Notes under the pieces: model-generated
What the model was told of the DNA's origin: nothing
Database searches by the model: none
What the model saw: only the letters and a program-made list of their open reading frames with translations
Assembly (NCBI GenBank): GCA_038882955.1
Contig: JAVZNC010000001.1
Coordinates: forward strand, 128,001 to 192,000
From: Candidatus Bathyarchaeia archaeon
Lineage (GTDB): Archaea > Thermoproteota > Bathyarchaeia > Bathyarchaeales > Bathycorpusculaceae
DNA: 64,000 nt
Reading direction: 5' to 3'
Program-made: the position numbers and the translations under genes
Part shown: one piece after another, positions 49,452 through 58,947 of the stretch
Layout: every line of letters begins with the position of its first letter
How positions within the stretch are numbered: the stretch's first letter is position 1

Positions 49452-50690
49452 TTACTTTGCCTCCGCAACCTCAAGTCTCAATGGCGGCATAGCTGCAATT
49501 TTTTTGAAGAACTCCTCAAATTTCTGGTTGAAATCGCCTACACAGCGAGGGGAAACCGTGAAAAGCTCGAAACGCTCGAGCAAACCATTCTTTTTAAGAT
49601 AATCTTTAAGGACTTCCATGTTTCTTTCAGCTGCTTCCCTTCCCTCTTGAAGTTTGCAGTCTTCAGCTGAGCAGACAACAGCCATGACGCCGTCGAAGCC
49701 GCCGTGTAGGGCTTCAACAACATGAACGGGGTCAAGAGCCTTGAAACATGGGATTTCCATGGCTACGGCTTTCTTCTTGAAAAGTAGGCATTCTGGGTCG
49801 TCTAGGCAAGAGAATTCTGACCATTGACAGCAAAAGACAAGTATTGACGGAAAGCTGGCTTCGCCCTTCATTTTCCTTGCGGCTTCTCCATAAAGTCTAA
49901 CAAGTTTACTGATATTTTCAAACTCGAAACCCTTAACCTGTATTGCCAAGTGTGGACAAACCAAGGCGCACGCTCCACAGCCCATGCACGCTTCTTGGAT
50001 TATCCGTGGCGTTGCGAACTCTTCGGCTTCTATTGCGCCGTAGGGGCATATGAAAACGCACTTGTCGCAACCAACGCACTTTTCTGTGTCGTAAACAGCT
50101 TTATGCGAATACTTTATCACTTGTAGGGCGTCTTTGCTGAAGCCCAACTGCTCCAGAACGGCTTTTCCAAGCATAAGCCTCCTAGTGTTAATTTTTGTTC
50201 CCCTTTTGAAGCGACAAAACTCATCCTCGCATTGAATTGAAATCACGTTTTTGATGCCGGAATTCAAAGCCTTGAAAACAAATTCTGTTGGCACACGACC
50301 AGAACACGGAATCCGCAAAGGAATATAATCCTTCACGTTCAAGCCTTGAACCTTCAAGATTTCTTCAATCTCGCAAGTTGCGGGAGAATTGCCACGACAC
50401 ATCAAAACAAGCGTTTCGCTCTTGTTTCTCTCGCGCATACACTCCAAATATTCCATCAAATTTTCGTAGTTGTAGTAGACAATTTCTATGGCTAATGATG
50501 GGCAAGCGCTGTAACATATCCCGCAGACTTGGCACTTTTGAATGTCAATCTCGAAATTGCCGCTTTCTGGATCCCGCTTTATAGCCTCGTAGGGACAAAC
50601 AGCATAGCAAACCGCACATTTGCTGCAATAATCCTGATTTATGCGCACTGCGGCGGCGCATGCAGCTTCATTCATGCACCATTTCTCCAC
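49452..50690 (-). CDS. Tandem (2x[4Fe-4S] ferredoxin + MvhD-like)x2 Fe-S protein
   Basis: Fd (CSKCAVCYAVCP, CQVCGICYSACP), MvhD-like (MCR..IPCSGR..QCEDEFC), Fd (CVGCDKCVFICP, CMGCGACALVCP), MvhD-like (CCQW..IPCF..VCSAEDC). Confidence 0.82.
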   Translation of the reverse strand: MEKWCMNEAACAAAVRINQDYCSKCAVCYAVCPYEAIKRDPESGNFEIDIQKCQVCGICYSACPSLAIEIVYYNYENLMEYLECMRERNKSETLVLMCRGNSPATCEIEEILKVQGLNVKDYIPLRIPCSGRVPTEFVFKALNSGIKNVISIQCEDEFCRFKRGTKINTRRLMLGKAVLEQLGFSKDALQVIKYSHKAVYDTEKCVGCDKCVFICPYGAIEAEEFATPRIIQEACMGCGACALVCPHLAIQVKGFEFENISKLVRLYGEAARKMKGEASFPSILVFCCQWSEFSCLDDPECLLFKKKAVAMEIPCFKALDPVHVVEALHGGFDGVMAVVCSAEDCKLQEGREAAERNMEVLKDYLKKNGLLERFELFTVSPRCVGDFNQKFEEFFKKIAAMPPLRLEVAEAK

Positions 50691-50779
50691 TGTCTAGCGT
50701 AAACTTGCCTCACGCCTAACGCGAGGGTTAGAAGATTTTTGATGACAGTTCCAATAATATAATGGTTTTGGAGCATAAC

Positions 50780-51715
50780 CTAGGGTTTGTAATAGTAAGG
50801 TCTGCGGATATAACCATAAGCCTCAAGTGCAGCGGTTATGCCCTGCCCAACAGCCGTTCCAACCTGCTTCACCGGATGGTTTGTGACATCTCCAGCCGCG
50901 TAAACCCCTGTAATGTTTGTTCTCTGGCGGATGTCAATTGTTATGTAGCCTTCCTCGTTTACGGCTACGCCTGCTTCTTTGGCTAGTTGGCTGTTTGGGT
51001 CTTCGCCAACTTGTATGAATACGCCATCTACAGGCAACTCGCTGGTTTCGTTAGTTTTGTTGTTGAAAATCACAGCCTTGTTCACGAGTTTTTCGCCTAT
51101 AATCTCCTTAACCTCAGTGTTCCACAAAATTTCCACGTTGGCTTTTTCCTTCAATGCCTTAACGAGCGCTTCCTCAGCCCTAAAAGCGTCTCGCCTATGA
51201 GAAACCTTGACCTCGCCAGCAATTTCAGCCATATACAAAGCTGTTACAACAGCGGAATTGCCGCCACCAACGACAAGGACACGCTTGCCTTTAAATAATG
51301 GTCCATCGCAGATGCCGCAGTAGCTTACGCCTCTTCCACGAAACTCTTTTTCGCCTGGAACACCTAATTCGCGATAATGCGAACCAGACGCAATTATGAC
51401 CGCTTTAGCTTCATAGGTGGCTTTGTTTGTCTTTATCAGCTTGACTTCGCCTTTTAAGTTCATGCTTAAAACTTTTTCAAATTCGCGTATTGTAACGCCA
51501 ACTTTTCTGCAGTGCGCCGCCATTTTCTGGGCTAGCTCAATGCCACTTATGCTTTTGAATCCTGGATAATTTTCAATTAGCGGGGCGTCAGCCGTTGTGC
51601 CCCCAGCCATTTTCTCCTCTAAAACCAGCGTTTTTAGTCCACTTCTTGCGCCGTAGATTCCAGCCGCTAAACCAGCGGCGCCTCCGCCTATAATAATTAG
51701 GTCCCAATTTTCCAT
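50780..51715 (-). CDS. trxB: Thioredoxin-disulfide reductase
   Basis: GGGAAG, IENYPG, GRGVSYCGICDG, GGGNSA, HRRD-x-FRA, AAGD; start set at ATG 51715 after GAGGA RBS. Confidence 0.93.
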   Translation of the reverse strand: MENWDLIIIGGGAAGLAAGIYGARSGLKTLVLEEKMAGGTTADAPLIENYPGFKSISGIELAQKMAAHCRKVGVTIREFEKVLSMNLKGEVKLIKTNKATYEAKAVIIASGSHYRELGVPGEKEFRGRGVSYCGICDGPLFKGKRVLVVGGGNSAVVTALYMAEIAGEVKVSHRRDAFRAEEALVKALKEKANVEILWNTEVKEIIGEKLVNKAVIFNNKTNETSELPVDGVFIQVGEDPNSQLAKEAGVAVNEEGYITIDIRQRTNITGVYAAGDVTNHPVKQVGTAVGQGITAALEAYGYIRRPYYYKP

Positions 51716-51772
51716 GGCGACATCCTCTTCTTTAGTATTCTGTTGCCTAGTTCTTATCAAGTTTGCATATGT

Positions 51773-51919
51773 TTAATCATCTTCGTCAATTTCGAAGTCA
51801 AGTTCGCTTATTTCCATTTCGTAGCATTCTTGGCATAAGCCATCAAAAAGTTCGTATTCCTCCTGTGAGATTTGCTTTCCGCATAGTAGGCATCTGTAAA
51901 CTTCTGCTTCATCGCCCAT
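51773..51919 (-). CDS. 48-aa acidic CxxC/CxxC micro-protein (not in ORF track)
   Basis: Hand translation MGDEAEVYRCLLCGKQISQEEYELFDGLCQECYEMEISELDFEIDEDD*; ATG directly follows the TGA of the paralogous upstream ORF. Confidence 0.8.
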   Translation of the reverse strand: MGDEAEVYRCLLCGKQISQEEYELFDGLCQECYEMEISELDFEIDEDD

Positions 51920-52111
51920 TCACATGACATCTCCAAACATGTCTTCGGATTCTTCTGTCATCTGATCGTCCCAGCACTCCCAACACATACCATCAAAATT
52001 CTCGTACTCGTCCTCGTCAATTTCGCAACCGCAAACCTCACAGTAAAACTTCTTTTCGCTTTCCTCTCCAGAAGCCTTACGCTTCTTTTTCTGTTTCTTC
52101 AAGCAGATCAC
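51920..52111 (-). CDS. Acidic CxxC/CxxC micro-protein with basic N-terminal tail
   Basis: KKQKKKRK..FYCEVCGCEIDEDEYENFDGMCWECWDDQM; start GTG 52111 or TTG 52102 (ORF track extends to 52156). Confidence 0.75.
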   Translation of the reverse strand: MICLKKQKKKRKASGEESEKKFYCEVCGCEIDEDEYENFDGMCWECWDDQMTEESEDMFGDVM

Positions 52112-52173
52112 TAAATAATTTAACTGTCGCGTTGATGTAAAAACATTTTGAAGCACAAATCAATAAAAGTTCG

Positions 52174-53295
52174 CTAGATTGCTTGAGCAACGAGCTCAGC
52201 AATGTCTAAAACTTGGATTTTACCCTCATTACCAGTTGTTTTAACAGCATCCTCAATCGTTAATAGACAGAATGGGCAAGCAACAGCCAAAATTTCAGCG
52301 CCAGCGGCAACAGCGTCTTTAACGCGCATCTCAGCCAGTCTTGGTCCTGGAATATCAACCCACATTCTTCCGCCTCCTCCTTCGCAGCATAGGCTTCTGG
52401 CTCTTGAACGGTCAAACTCCAGAAGCGTTACGCCTGGAATGCTCTCAATTATTTTGCGCGGTTCTTCGTATATGCTGTTTTGTTTGCCCAAGAAGCATGG
52501 ATCATGATAAATTACTTTCTTTTTTACTTCTTTTGTAAACGTCAGTTTTTTCTCATCTACGAGTTTGGCTAGCAGTTGCGTGTGGTGGAGTGGCTCAAAG
52601 CTTGTTTGGTTGTAGCGGTTTTTGAAGGCGTGGAAGCCGTGTGGACAGTTTGTTACGGCTTGTTTGATGGCGTATTTGTTGAAGATTTTCATGTTCTCCT
52701 CAACTAGGAACTCGAACAGTCCTTTCTCGCCCATGCCGTAAACTTCGCTTCCGCAGCAGTTTTCCTCTTCGCCTAAAACGCCGAAGTTCACTCCAGCCTT
52801 TTGAAGGCATAAAACGAGGCTTTTTGCTACGCTTTGGACGCGGGGGTCGTAAGCCGATGTGCAGCCAACATAGTAGAGGATTTCGGCGCCTTGTGAAATA
52901 TGTTTGACGTTTAAGCCTTGGCTCCATTCAGTGCGTTTGCTTCGGATTCTAGCCCACGGGTTCCCATTCTTAAATATGCTTTCAAGCGCATCGCGTATCG
53001 TAGGCGCTATCTGCCCTTCTTCAACAGCCATACTTCTAATGTCAATTAGAAACTCGTAAGGGTTCAAGTCTTTTGGGCAGCGGACACCGCATGTGGAGCA
53101 TGTTGTGCAGCTCCATAACTCGTTTTGCGGGTGGATTGCTAACCGTCCAAGTGCGGAGACCTCGCGCATGTAACGTCTAATGTTTAGGTTGGCTTTTTTC
53201 GCTACTGGGCAGCTGCCCGTGCACATTCCGCATTGTATGCATTCGAGAAGCTTGTGTTTTTGGATTAGTTCTTGAACGTTCATTTTAGATGTCAC
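52174..53295 (-). CDS. Soluble HdrD/GlpC-like Fe-S oxidoreductase (2x[4Fe-4S] + two CCG domains)
   Basis: CIQCGMCTGSCP, WSCTTCSTCGVRCP, YVGC..NCCG..NCPH, YHDPC..LCCEGG..ACPFC; no TM segments. Confidence 0.88.
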   Translation of the reverse strand: MTSKMNVQELIQKHKLLECIQCGMCTGSCPVAKKANLNIRRYMREVSALGRLAIHPQNELWSCTTCSTCGVRCPKDLNPYEFLIDIRSMAVEEGQIAPTIRDALESIFKNGNPWARIRSKRTEWSQGLNVKHISQGAEILYYVGCTSAYDPRVQSVAKSLVLCLQKAGVNFGVLGEEENCCGSEVYGMGEKGLFEFLVEENMKIFNKYAIKQAVTNCPHGFHAFKNRYNQTSFEPLHHTQLLAKLVDEKKLTFTKEVKKKVIYHDPCFLGKQNSIYEEPRKIIESIPGVTLLEFDRSRARSLCCEGGGGRMWVDIPGPRLAEMRVKDAVAAGAEILAVACPFCLLTIEDAVKTTGNEGKIQVLDIAELVAQAI

Positions 53296-53383
53296 TTTGA
53301 CTGATTTCTGGGAGTAAGATTTTTAATAAGTGTTTTCCCTTCTATGAGTCAAAACATACATTGGAGAACGGAGATTACTCGTC

Positions 53384-55750
53384 ATGGAAAAGAAAACGCC
53401 GAGAATCGGAATTTTTGTCTGCGAATGCGGCGGAAACATAGGCGACGTGGTGGATGTTAAAGCTGTTGTTGACGCTGTTAAAAATTGGGAAGGCGTCGTC
53501 GTAGCCAAACAACACAAGTACCTTTGCTCAAAACCAGCACAAGAGATGATAATTGAAGCCGTAAAAAAGAACAACCTTGACCGAGTTATCGTCGCAAGTT
53601 GTACGCCGCGCATGCACTTACCAACATTTCAAAGTGTTTTGGAAAGGGCTGGACTGAACCCCCACATGCTTGAGTTTGTAAATATCCGCGAACAAAGCTC
53701 ATGGGTTCATGGTCCACACGCCTCGGCGGAAGCCACAAAGAAAGCCATAAGCCTAATCCGAGGCGGTTATGAAAGAAGCTTTGAGCTTGAACCTTTAGAA
53801 ACTATAAGTGAGAAAGGCTCAAGGGAAATACTAATAGTCGGCGGCGGCATCGCCGGAATAACAGCCGCTCTTGAGCTTGGATATTTAGGTTATAAGGTGC
53901 ACCTTGTAGAGCGAAAGCCAAGCATAGGCGGCAACATGGCAAAACTCACAAAAGTTTTTCCAACATTGGACTGCGCCCAATGCATTTTGACACCTAGGAT
54001 GGCGGAGGTGGGAAGAAACCCAAACGTGAACTTGCTGACGTATGCTGAAGTGCAAGAGGTAAGTGGAAGACCAGGCAATTACAAGGTTAAGGTCTTCATG
54101 AAGCCTAGAGGCGTGGACGTTGAAAAGTGCAGAAGCTGTGGCGTATGCGCTAAAGTTTGTCCAATAACTGTTCCAGACGAGTTTAATGAAAGCTTAATGC
54201 AGCGAAAAGCCGCATACATCGAGTTTCCACAGGCGGTTCCATCAGCCTACGTTATAGATTTTAACGCTTGCAATAAATGCCGAAAATGCGAGCAGCTTTG
54301 CCCAGCAAAAGCCATAAACATAGATGACGCTGGCAAGGTTGTTGAATTGAACGTTGGCGCGATAATTCTGGCTACGGGATACCAGCTTTACGACGCGCGA
54401 AAACTGGAGATTTATGGTTATGGCACATACAAAGACGTAATAACAATGATGGAGCTGGAGAGGCTAACGTCAGCAACTGGACCAACAGGCGGTTTTGTTA
54501 AAAGGGCTGACGGAAACGATGTCAGGAAAATAGCAATTGTCCTCTGCGCTGGCTCACGCGACAAAAATTACATCCCATACTGTAGCCGCATCTGCTGCAT
54601 GTACTCGCTAAAGCAAGCGTTTGTGCTAAAGAAGATGCTTGGAATAGACGTAACCATCTACTACATCGACATTAGGGCAACTGGAAAGGGCTATGAAGAC
54701 TTGTACTGGCGCGACCAAGAGGCAGGCGTAGTCTTCATCAAGGGCAAAGTTGCTGAAATCTACAAGAACAACGCAAATGGCAAGCTTGTGGTTCTGGCTG
54801 AAGACACTTTGACTGGCGAAATGCGAGAAGACGAGTATGACATGGTTGCTTTGGCTACACCCATGGTTCCGCCAGCAGGACTTAAGGAACTTGCCGAAAA
54901 AATGAAGGTGGCAATTGGCGAAGACGGCTTCATAACGGAGAAGCATCCGAAACTTGACCCCGTAGACTCGCTTGTGACTGGAATTTTCGCTTGCGGATGT
55001 ACCCTAAGCCCGAAAGACGTTAGGGATACGGTTTCAGACGGTTTGGGCGCAGCGGCAAGAGCGGCGCTTTTCCTCAAAAGCGAATATGTCACCACAAGCC
55101 CAGAAAAAGCTTATGTCATCGCGGACTTGTGCAATGGCTGTCAAGCATGTGTGCCAATTTGTCCCGTAAACGCTATAACAATGGTTGAAGGAAAAGCGAA
55201 AATAGACCCGTTCCAATGCGTCGGATGCGGGGCATGCATACCAGCGTGCCCACAAGAAGCTATAGACTTTAAGAATGCTACGACAAAGCAGATTCTCGCG
55301 ACGTTGAGGGGCGTTCTGGCGGAAAAACAAGCTGGAGAAGTAAGGATAGTAGCTTTTGTTGACAAGAATGTTGGTTACACTGGAATAGACTTTTTGGGAT
55401 TAGACAGAACAAACTATCCAGAAAATGTGCGTATAGTTGCCGTGCCATCAACGGCAATCTTGGGATTAAAACATATTCTCTACGCTTTTGCTTATGGCGC
55501 GGACGGTATACTAGTGATTGAAGGTTCAGAGGAGATAGACGAGAAGTTCACGAAGAAACGCATGATTGACATGGGAAGAGACCTAGCAAAATACGGCGTA
55601 GAATCGATGCGCTTGCGCTATAGTTATGTTCCACTGCCAGTTTACAAGAAGGCAGCAGAACTTTTCACAATGTTCACGGACAGAATAAAGAAGTTTGGAC
55701 CCCTCGCAGAGGAGAAAAGAACCAACATAAAGCAGCAACTAAAAATTTAG
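53384..55750 (+). CDS. hdrA: HdrA (copy 3) fused to a cysteine-less MvhD-like domain
   Basis: CECGGNI, YLCS, SCTP, GGGIAG, FPTLDCAQC, LCAGSRD..CSRICC, C-terminal ferredoxin, then YPENVRIVAVPST..GADGILV without Cys. Confidence 0.9.
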   Translation: MEKKTPRIGIFVCECGGNIGDVVDVKAVVDAVKNWEGVVVAKQHKYLCSKPAQEMIIEAVKKNNLDRVIVASCTPRMHLPTFQSVLERAGLNPHMLEFVNIREQSSWVHGPHASAEATKKAISLIRGGYERSFELEPLETISEKGSREILIVGGGIAGITAALELGYLGYKVHLVERKPSIGGNMAKLTKVFPTLDCAQCILTPRMAEVGRNPNVNLLTYAEVQEVSGRPGNYKVKVFMKPRGVDVEKCRSCGVCAKVCPITVPDEFNESLMQRKAAYIEFPQAVPSAYVIDFNACNKCRKCEQLCPAKAINIDDAGKVVELNVGAIILATGYQLYDARKLEIYGYGTYKDVITMMELERLTSATGPTGGFVKRADGNDVRKIAIVLCAGSRDKNYIPYCSRICCMYSLKQAFVLKKMLGIDVTIYYIDIRATGKGYEDLYWRDQEAGVVFIKGKVAEIYKNNANGKLVVLAEDTLTGEMREDEYDMVALATPMVPPAGLKELAEKMKVAIGEDGFITEKHPKLDPVDSLVTGIFACGCTLSPKDVRDTVSDGLGAAARAALFLKSEYVTTSPEKAYVIADLCNGCQACVPICPVNAITMVEGKAKIDPFQCVGCGACIPACPQEAIDFKNATTKQILATLRGVLAEKQAGEVRIVAFVDKNVGYTGIDFLGLDRTNYPENVRIVAVPSTAILGLKHILYAFAYGADGILVIEGSEEIDEKFTKKRMIDMGRDLAKYGVESMRLRYSYVPLPVYKKAAELFTMFTDRIKKFGPLAEEKRTNIKQQLKI

Positions 55751-55884
55751 GCTTTCAGAAACTGCTAAATTCGATACTCCCCTCTAGTTTTTTGGCAGCT
55801 AATGTTTGAAATGCAGCAGAAACAAGCAAAAGTTATATGAAAACGGTTTGTTATCAACTCTTCACAATTTGAGAGGGAAAAACT

Positions 55885-56673
55885 TTGGACATTATTGTTT
55901 GTGTTAAGCATGTTCCAGAAACCGCAGAGGCGGAACTGAAAATCCACGCAAGCGGAAAAGCCATAGAAAAAACGGGATTGGTCTTTGACATCAACGAGTG
56001 GGACGACTACGCACTTGAGGAGGCGGTGCGCATAAAAGAGAAGCTCGGCGGAACAGTCACAGCCATAACCGTAGGCGCAGAAGATTCTGACAGCACACTG
56101 CGAAAGTGCCTAGCACGAGGCGCAGACAAAGCCATACGCGTTTCAGACCCAAAATTTGAAGGTTCAGACGGCTATGCAACAGCAAAAATCCTACACAGCA
56201 TAATCAAAAACCTGCATTACGACTTGATTTTGACTGGTTTTCAGGCTGGGGATGACGGCTACTCGATGGTTGGTCCAATACTGGCTGAAATGCTTGGGAT
56301 ACCGCACGCAGCACTTGTTAAGAAAATTGAGTTGGGAGCTGGAACAGCGCGAGTTAACCGTGAACTTGAAGGCGGAATAGAAGAAGTCTTGGAAGTTAGG
56401 CTTCCAGCGCTTTTTGCAGTGCAAACAGGCATAAACGAGCCACGCTACGTTTCAATAATGGGCATACGCAAGGCAATGCAAAAGGAGATAAAAGTCGTAA
56501 GCTTGGCGGAAACTGGACTGAGCGAGGCGGATGTCGGCGAAGCAGGCTCATGGCTTAGAATAGAGAAGCTTTACGTGCCGCCAGTAGAAAAGCAAGCGGA
56601 ATTCCTCAAGGGAAGCCCAGACGAGGTTGCAGCGAAAATTGTTGAAATTCTCAAGTCGAGGGGGCTGATATAA
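55885..56673 (+). CDS. etfB: Electron transfer flavoprotein beta subunit
   Basis: IIVCVKHVP, INEWDDYALEEA, ARGADKA, NEPRY. Confidence 0.94.
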   Translation: MDIIVCVKHVPETAEAELKIHASGKAIEKTGLVFDINEWDDYALEEAVRIKEKLGGTVTAITVGAEDSDSTLRKCLARGADKAIRVSDPKFEGSDGYATAKILHSIIKNLHYDLILTGFQAGDDGYSMVGPILAEMLGIPHAALVKKIELGAGTARVNRELEGGIEEVLEVRLPALFAVQTGINEPRYVSIMGIRKAMQKEIKVVSLAETGLSEADVGEAGSWLRIEKLYVPPVEKQAEFLKGSPDEVAAKIVEILKSRGLI

Positions 56674-57663
56674 ATGGCGGGAATATTCGTTTTAGCAGAG
56701 CATAGGCAAGGGCAAATACGGGACATAACGTATGAGATGCTGACAAAGGGTAAGGAAATAGCCGAAAAGGCGAATGCTGAACTGACAGCCATCCTACTAG
56801 GCAAGGACATTAGAGAAAAGGCGAAGACGCTTTCAGAGTATGCTAAAAAAGTTTTGGTGGTAGGAGACGCGAAGCTTGAAAACTTCAATTCAGAAGCCTA
56901 CCAGAAAGTGCTCTCAAGCCTAATCAAGGAAGAGAAGCCACTACTGACGATGGTTGGACACACTTCTTGCGGTGTGGAGCTTGCGCCTAGGCTTGCCGCC
57001 GCGTTGGGCATCCCGCTCGCAACAGATTGCATAGACCTGTCCTTTGAAAGCGAAAACCTAACGGTGACGAGGCAAATGTACGGCGGCAAAGTCAACGTCA
57101 AAGCTTCGCTTAAAAAGGCAGAAAGCTACATGGTCACGGTGCGCCAAGCAGCCTTCACAGCCAAAAAGCCAGAACCACCATTAAACGGAGAAATAATAGA
57201 AAAACCATCGCCACTAGCCGAAGAAATAACAACAAAACGATTCATAGAATATGTTTTGCCGCCGCCAGGAGGAGTGGACATAACAGCAGCAGAAAAGCTC
57301 GTTGGCATAGGAAGGGGCATAAAAGACCAGGCGAACATGCCGTTGATGGAGGAATTCGCAAAAACGTTGGGCGCAGTTCTCGCCTGTTCAAGACCAGTTG
57401 TGGATAAGGGTTGGCTTCCAAGCGACCGCCAAGTTGGCAGTTCGGGAAAAACAGTTAAGCCTAAACTTTACATTGCAGTTGGCATAAGCGGCGCCTTCCA
57501 ACACGTGCTGGGAATGAAGAACTCCGACCTAATCATAGCAATAAACAAGGACCCGAACGCGCCGATATTCAGCTTTTCAGACTACGGCGTGGTTGACGAC
57601 TTGTTCAAAGTTGTGCCAGCCTTAAAGAACAAGATAGCAGAGTTAAAAGGACAAAAGACGTAA
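56674..57663 (+). CDS. etfA: Electron transfer flavoprotein alpha subunit
   Basis: TRQMYGG, GRG, SRPVVD, QVGSSGKTV, GISGAFQH, AINKDPNAPIF. Confidence 0.95.
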   Translation: MAGIFVLAEHRQGQIRDITYEMLTKGKEIAEKANAELTAILLGKDIREKAKTLSEYAKKVLVVGDAKLENFNSEAYQKVLSSLIKEEKPLLTMVGHTSCGVELAPRLAAALGIPLATDCIDLSFESENLTVTRQMYGGKVNVKASLKKAESYMVTVRQAAFTAKKPEPPLNGEIIEKPSPLAEEITTKRFIEYVLPPPGGVDITAAEKLVGIGRGIKDQANMPLMEEFAKTLGAVLACSRPVVDKGWLPSDRQVGSSGKTVKPKLYIAVGISGAFQHVLGMKNSDLIIAINKDPNAPIFSFSDYGVVDDLFKVVPALKNKIAELKGQKT

Positions 57664-57686
57664 AATCACTGGAGGAGAAAGCCAAA

Positions 57687-58841
57687 ATGGAATTTAAACT
57701 AACAGCGGAACAGCTTGAAATAAAGAAGGCAGCACGCGAGTTCGCAGAAAAAGAGTTCACGCCGGAACTCGCCTTGGAATACGACCAGAAAGAAGAGTTT
57801 CCAATGGCGCTGTACAAGAAGGCTGCACACCTCGGATTTACAGGCATGCGCATTCCACAAGAATACGGCGGACAAGGCTACGGCGTACTAGAAGAATGCA
57901 TTGTCGTTGAAGAATTTTGCCGAGTAGACCCGGGTTTGGGCGTGGCAGTGTCCCTAGGCAACCTTATGGTTCCAGACGTGCTGCTGAAACACGGCACGGA
58001 ACAGCAGAAAGAAAAGTATATTCCGCCGCTGGCGAAAGGCGAAAAAATAGCCGCTGCAGCCTTCACAGAACCAGAACATGGAAGCGACATAACACGCATG
58101 AACACAACAGCGGTGAAAAGCGGAAACGAATGGATAATAAATGGCGACAAACAGTTCATTACAAACGCGCCGATAGCAGACACGTTCATAATACTGTGCC
58201 AAACAGACCCCAACGCGCAGCCGCCACACCGCGGACAAAGCCTATTCCTAGTGGAAAAGGGCACGCCGGGGCTGGACGCAACAAAACTGCATGGAAAAAT
58301 GGGCATAAAACCATGCATTACGGGTTCACTTGCACTTTCCGACTTAAAAGTGCCAGAAACAAACCTTATAGGCGAATTGAACAAGGGCTTCTATTACGCT
58401 TTGGAACTTTTCGATGGAACACGCATAACTGTTGCAGCCCAAGCAGTCGGAATGGCTCAAGGAGCATTTGAACGCGCATTAAACTATGCGAAAACGCGAA
58501 AACAGTTTGGTCAACCAATAATAAACTTCCAAGGCGTAGCATTCAAACTGGCTGAAATGGCAATGAAGATTGAGGCAGCGCGCCTAATGACGTATAAGGC
58601 AGCTTGGCTTTACGACAAAGAAAAGCCGAACCCCGCGGCAACTTCGATGGCTAAAGCCTACGCTAGTCGCGTGGCAATGGAGGTTACCGACGACGCTATA
58701 CAGATTCTCGGCGGATACGGTTATTTAGCGGACTATCATGTGGAGCGTTTCCACCGCTGCGCGAAGATAACGGAAATCTATGAAGGAACAACCGAGGTTC
58801 AGAAACTCACTATAGTAAACTTCTTACAGAAACAGGCATAA
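57687..58841 (+). CDS. Acyl-CoA dehydrogenase (copy 1)
   Basis: FTEPEHGSD, NGDKQFITN, RKQFGQPI, QILGGYGY, IYEGT. Confidence 0.94.
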   Translation: MEFKLTAEQLEIKKAAREFAEKEFTPELALEYDQKEEFPMALYKKAAHLGFTGMRIPQEYGGQGYGVLEECIVVEEFCRVDPGLGVAVSLGNLMVPDVLLKHGTEQQKEKYIPPLAKGEKIAAAAFTEPEHGSDITRMNTTAVKSGNEWIINGDKQFITNAPIADTFIILCQTDPNAQPPHRGQSLFLVEKGTPGLDATKLHGKMGIKPCITGSLALSDLKVPETNLIGELNKGFYYALELFDGTRITVAAQAVGMAQGAFERALNYAKTRKQFGQPIINFQGVAFKLAEMAMKIEAARLMTYKAAWLYDKEKPNPAATSMAKAYASRVAMEVTDDAIQILGGYGYLADYHVERFHRCAKITEIYEGTTEVQKLTIVNFLQKQA

Positions 58842-58947
58842 CCAAATTTCGCCTTTTTCTCTTTTAATCCATAATTAGGCGCGTAATTTCAAAGCTTTTA
58901 TACGCTCTCAACGCATTATTCTATATTCTCTAAAAGGAGGAAGTATT

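Noticed and set aside
50740-50790. Possible C/D-box sRNA (TGATGA; also near 7092)
   Set aside because: No suitably spaced CTGA D box or D'/C' boxes seen.
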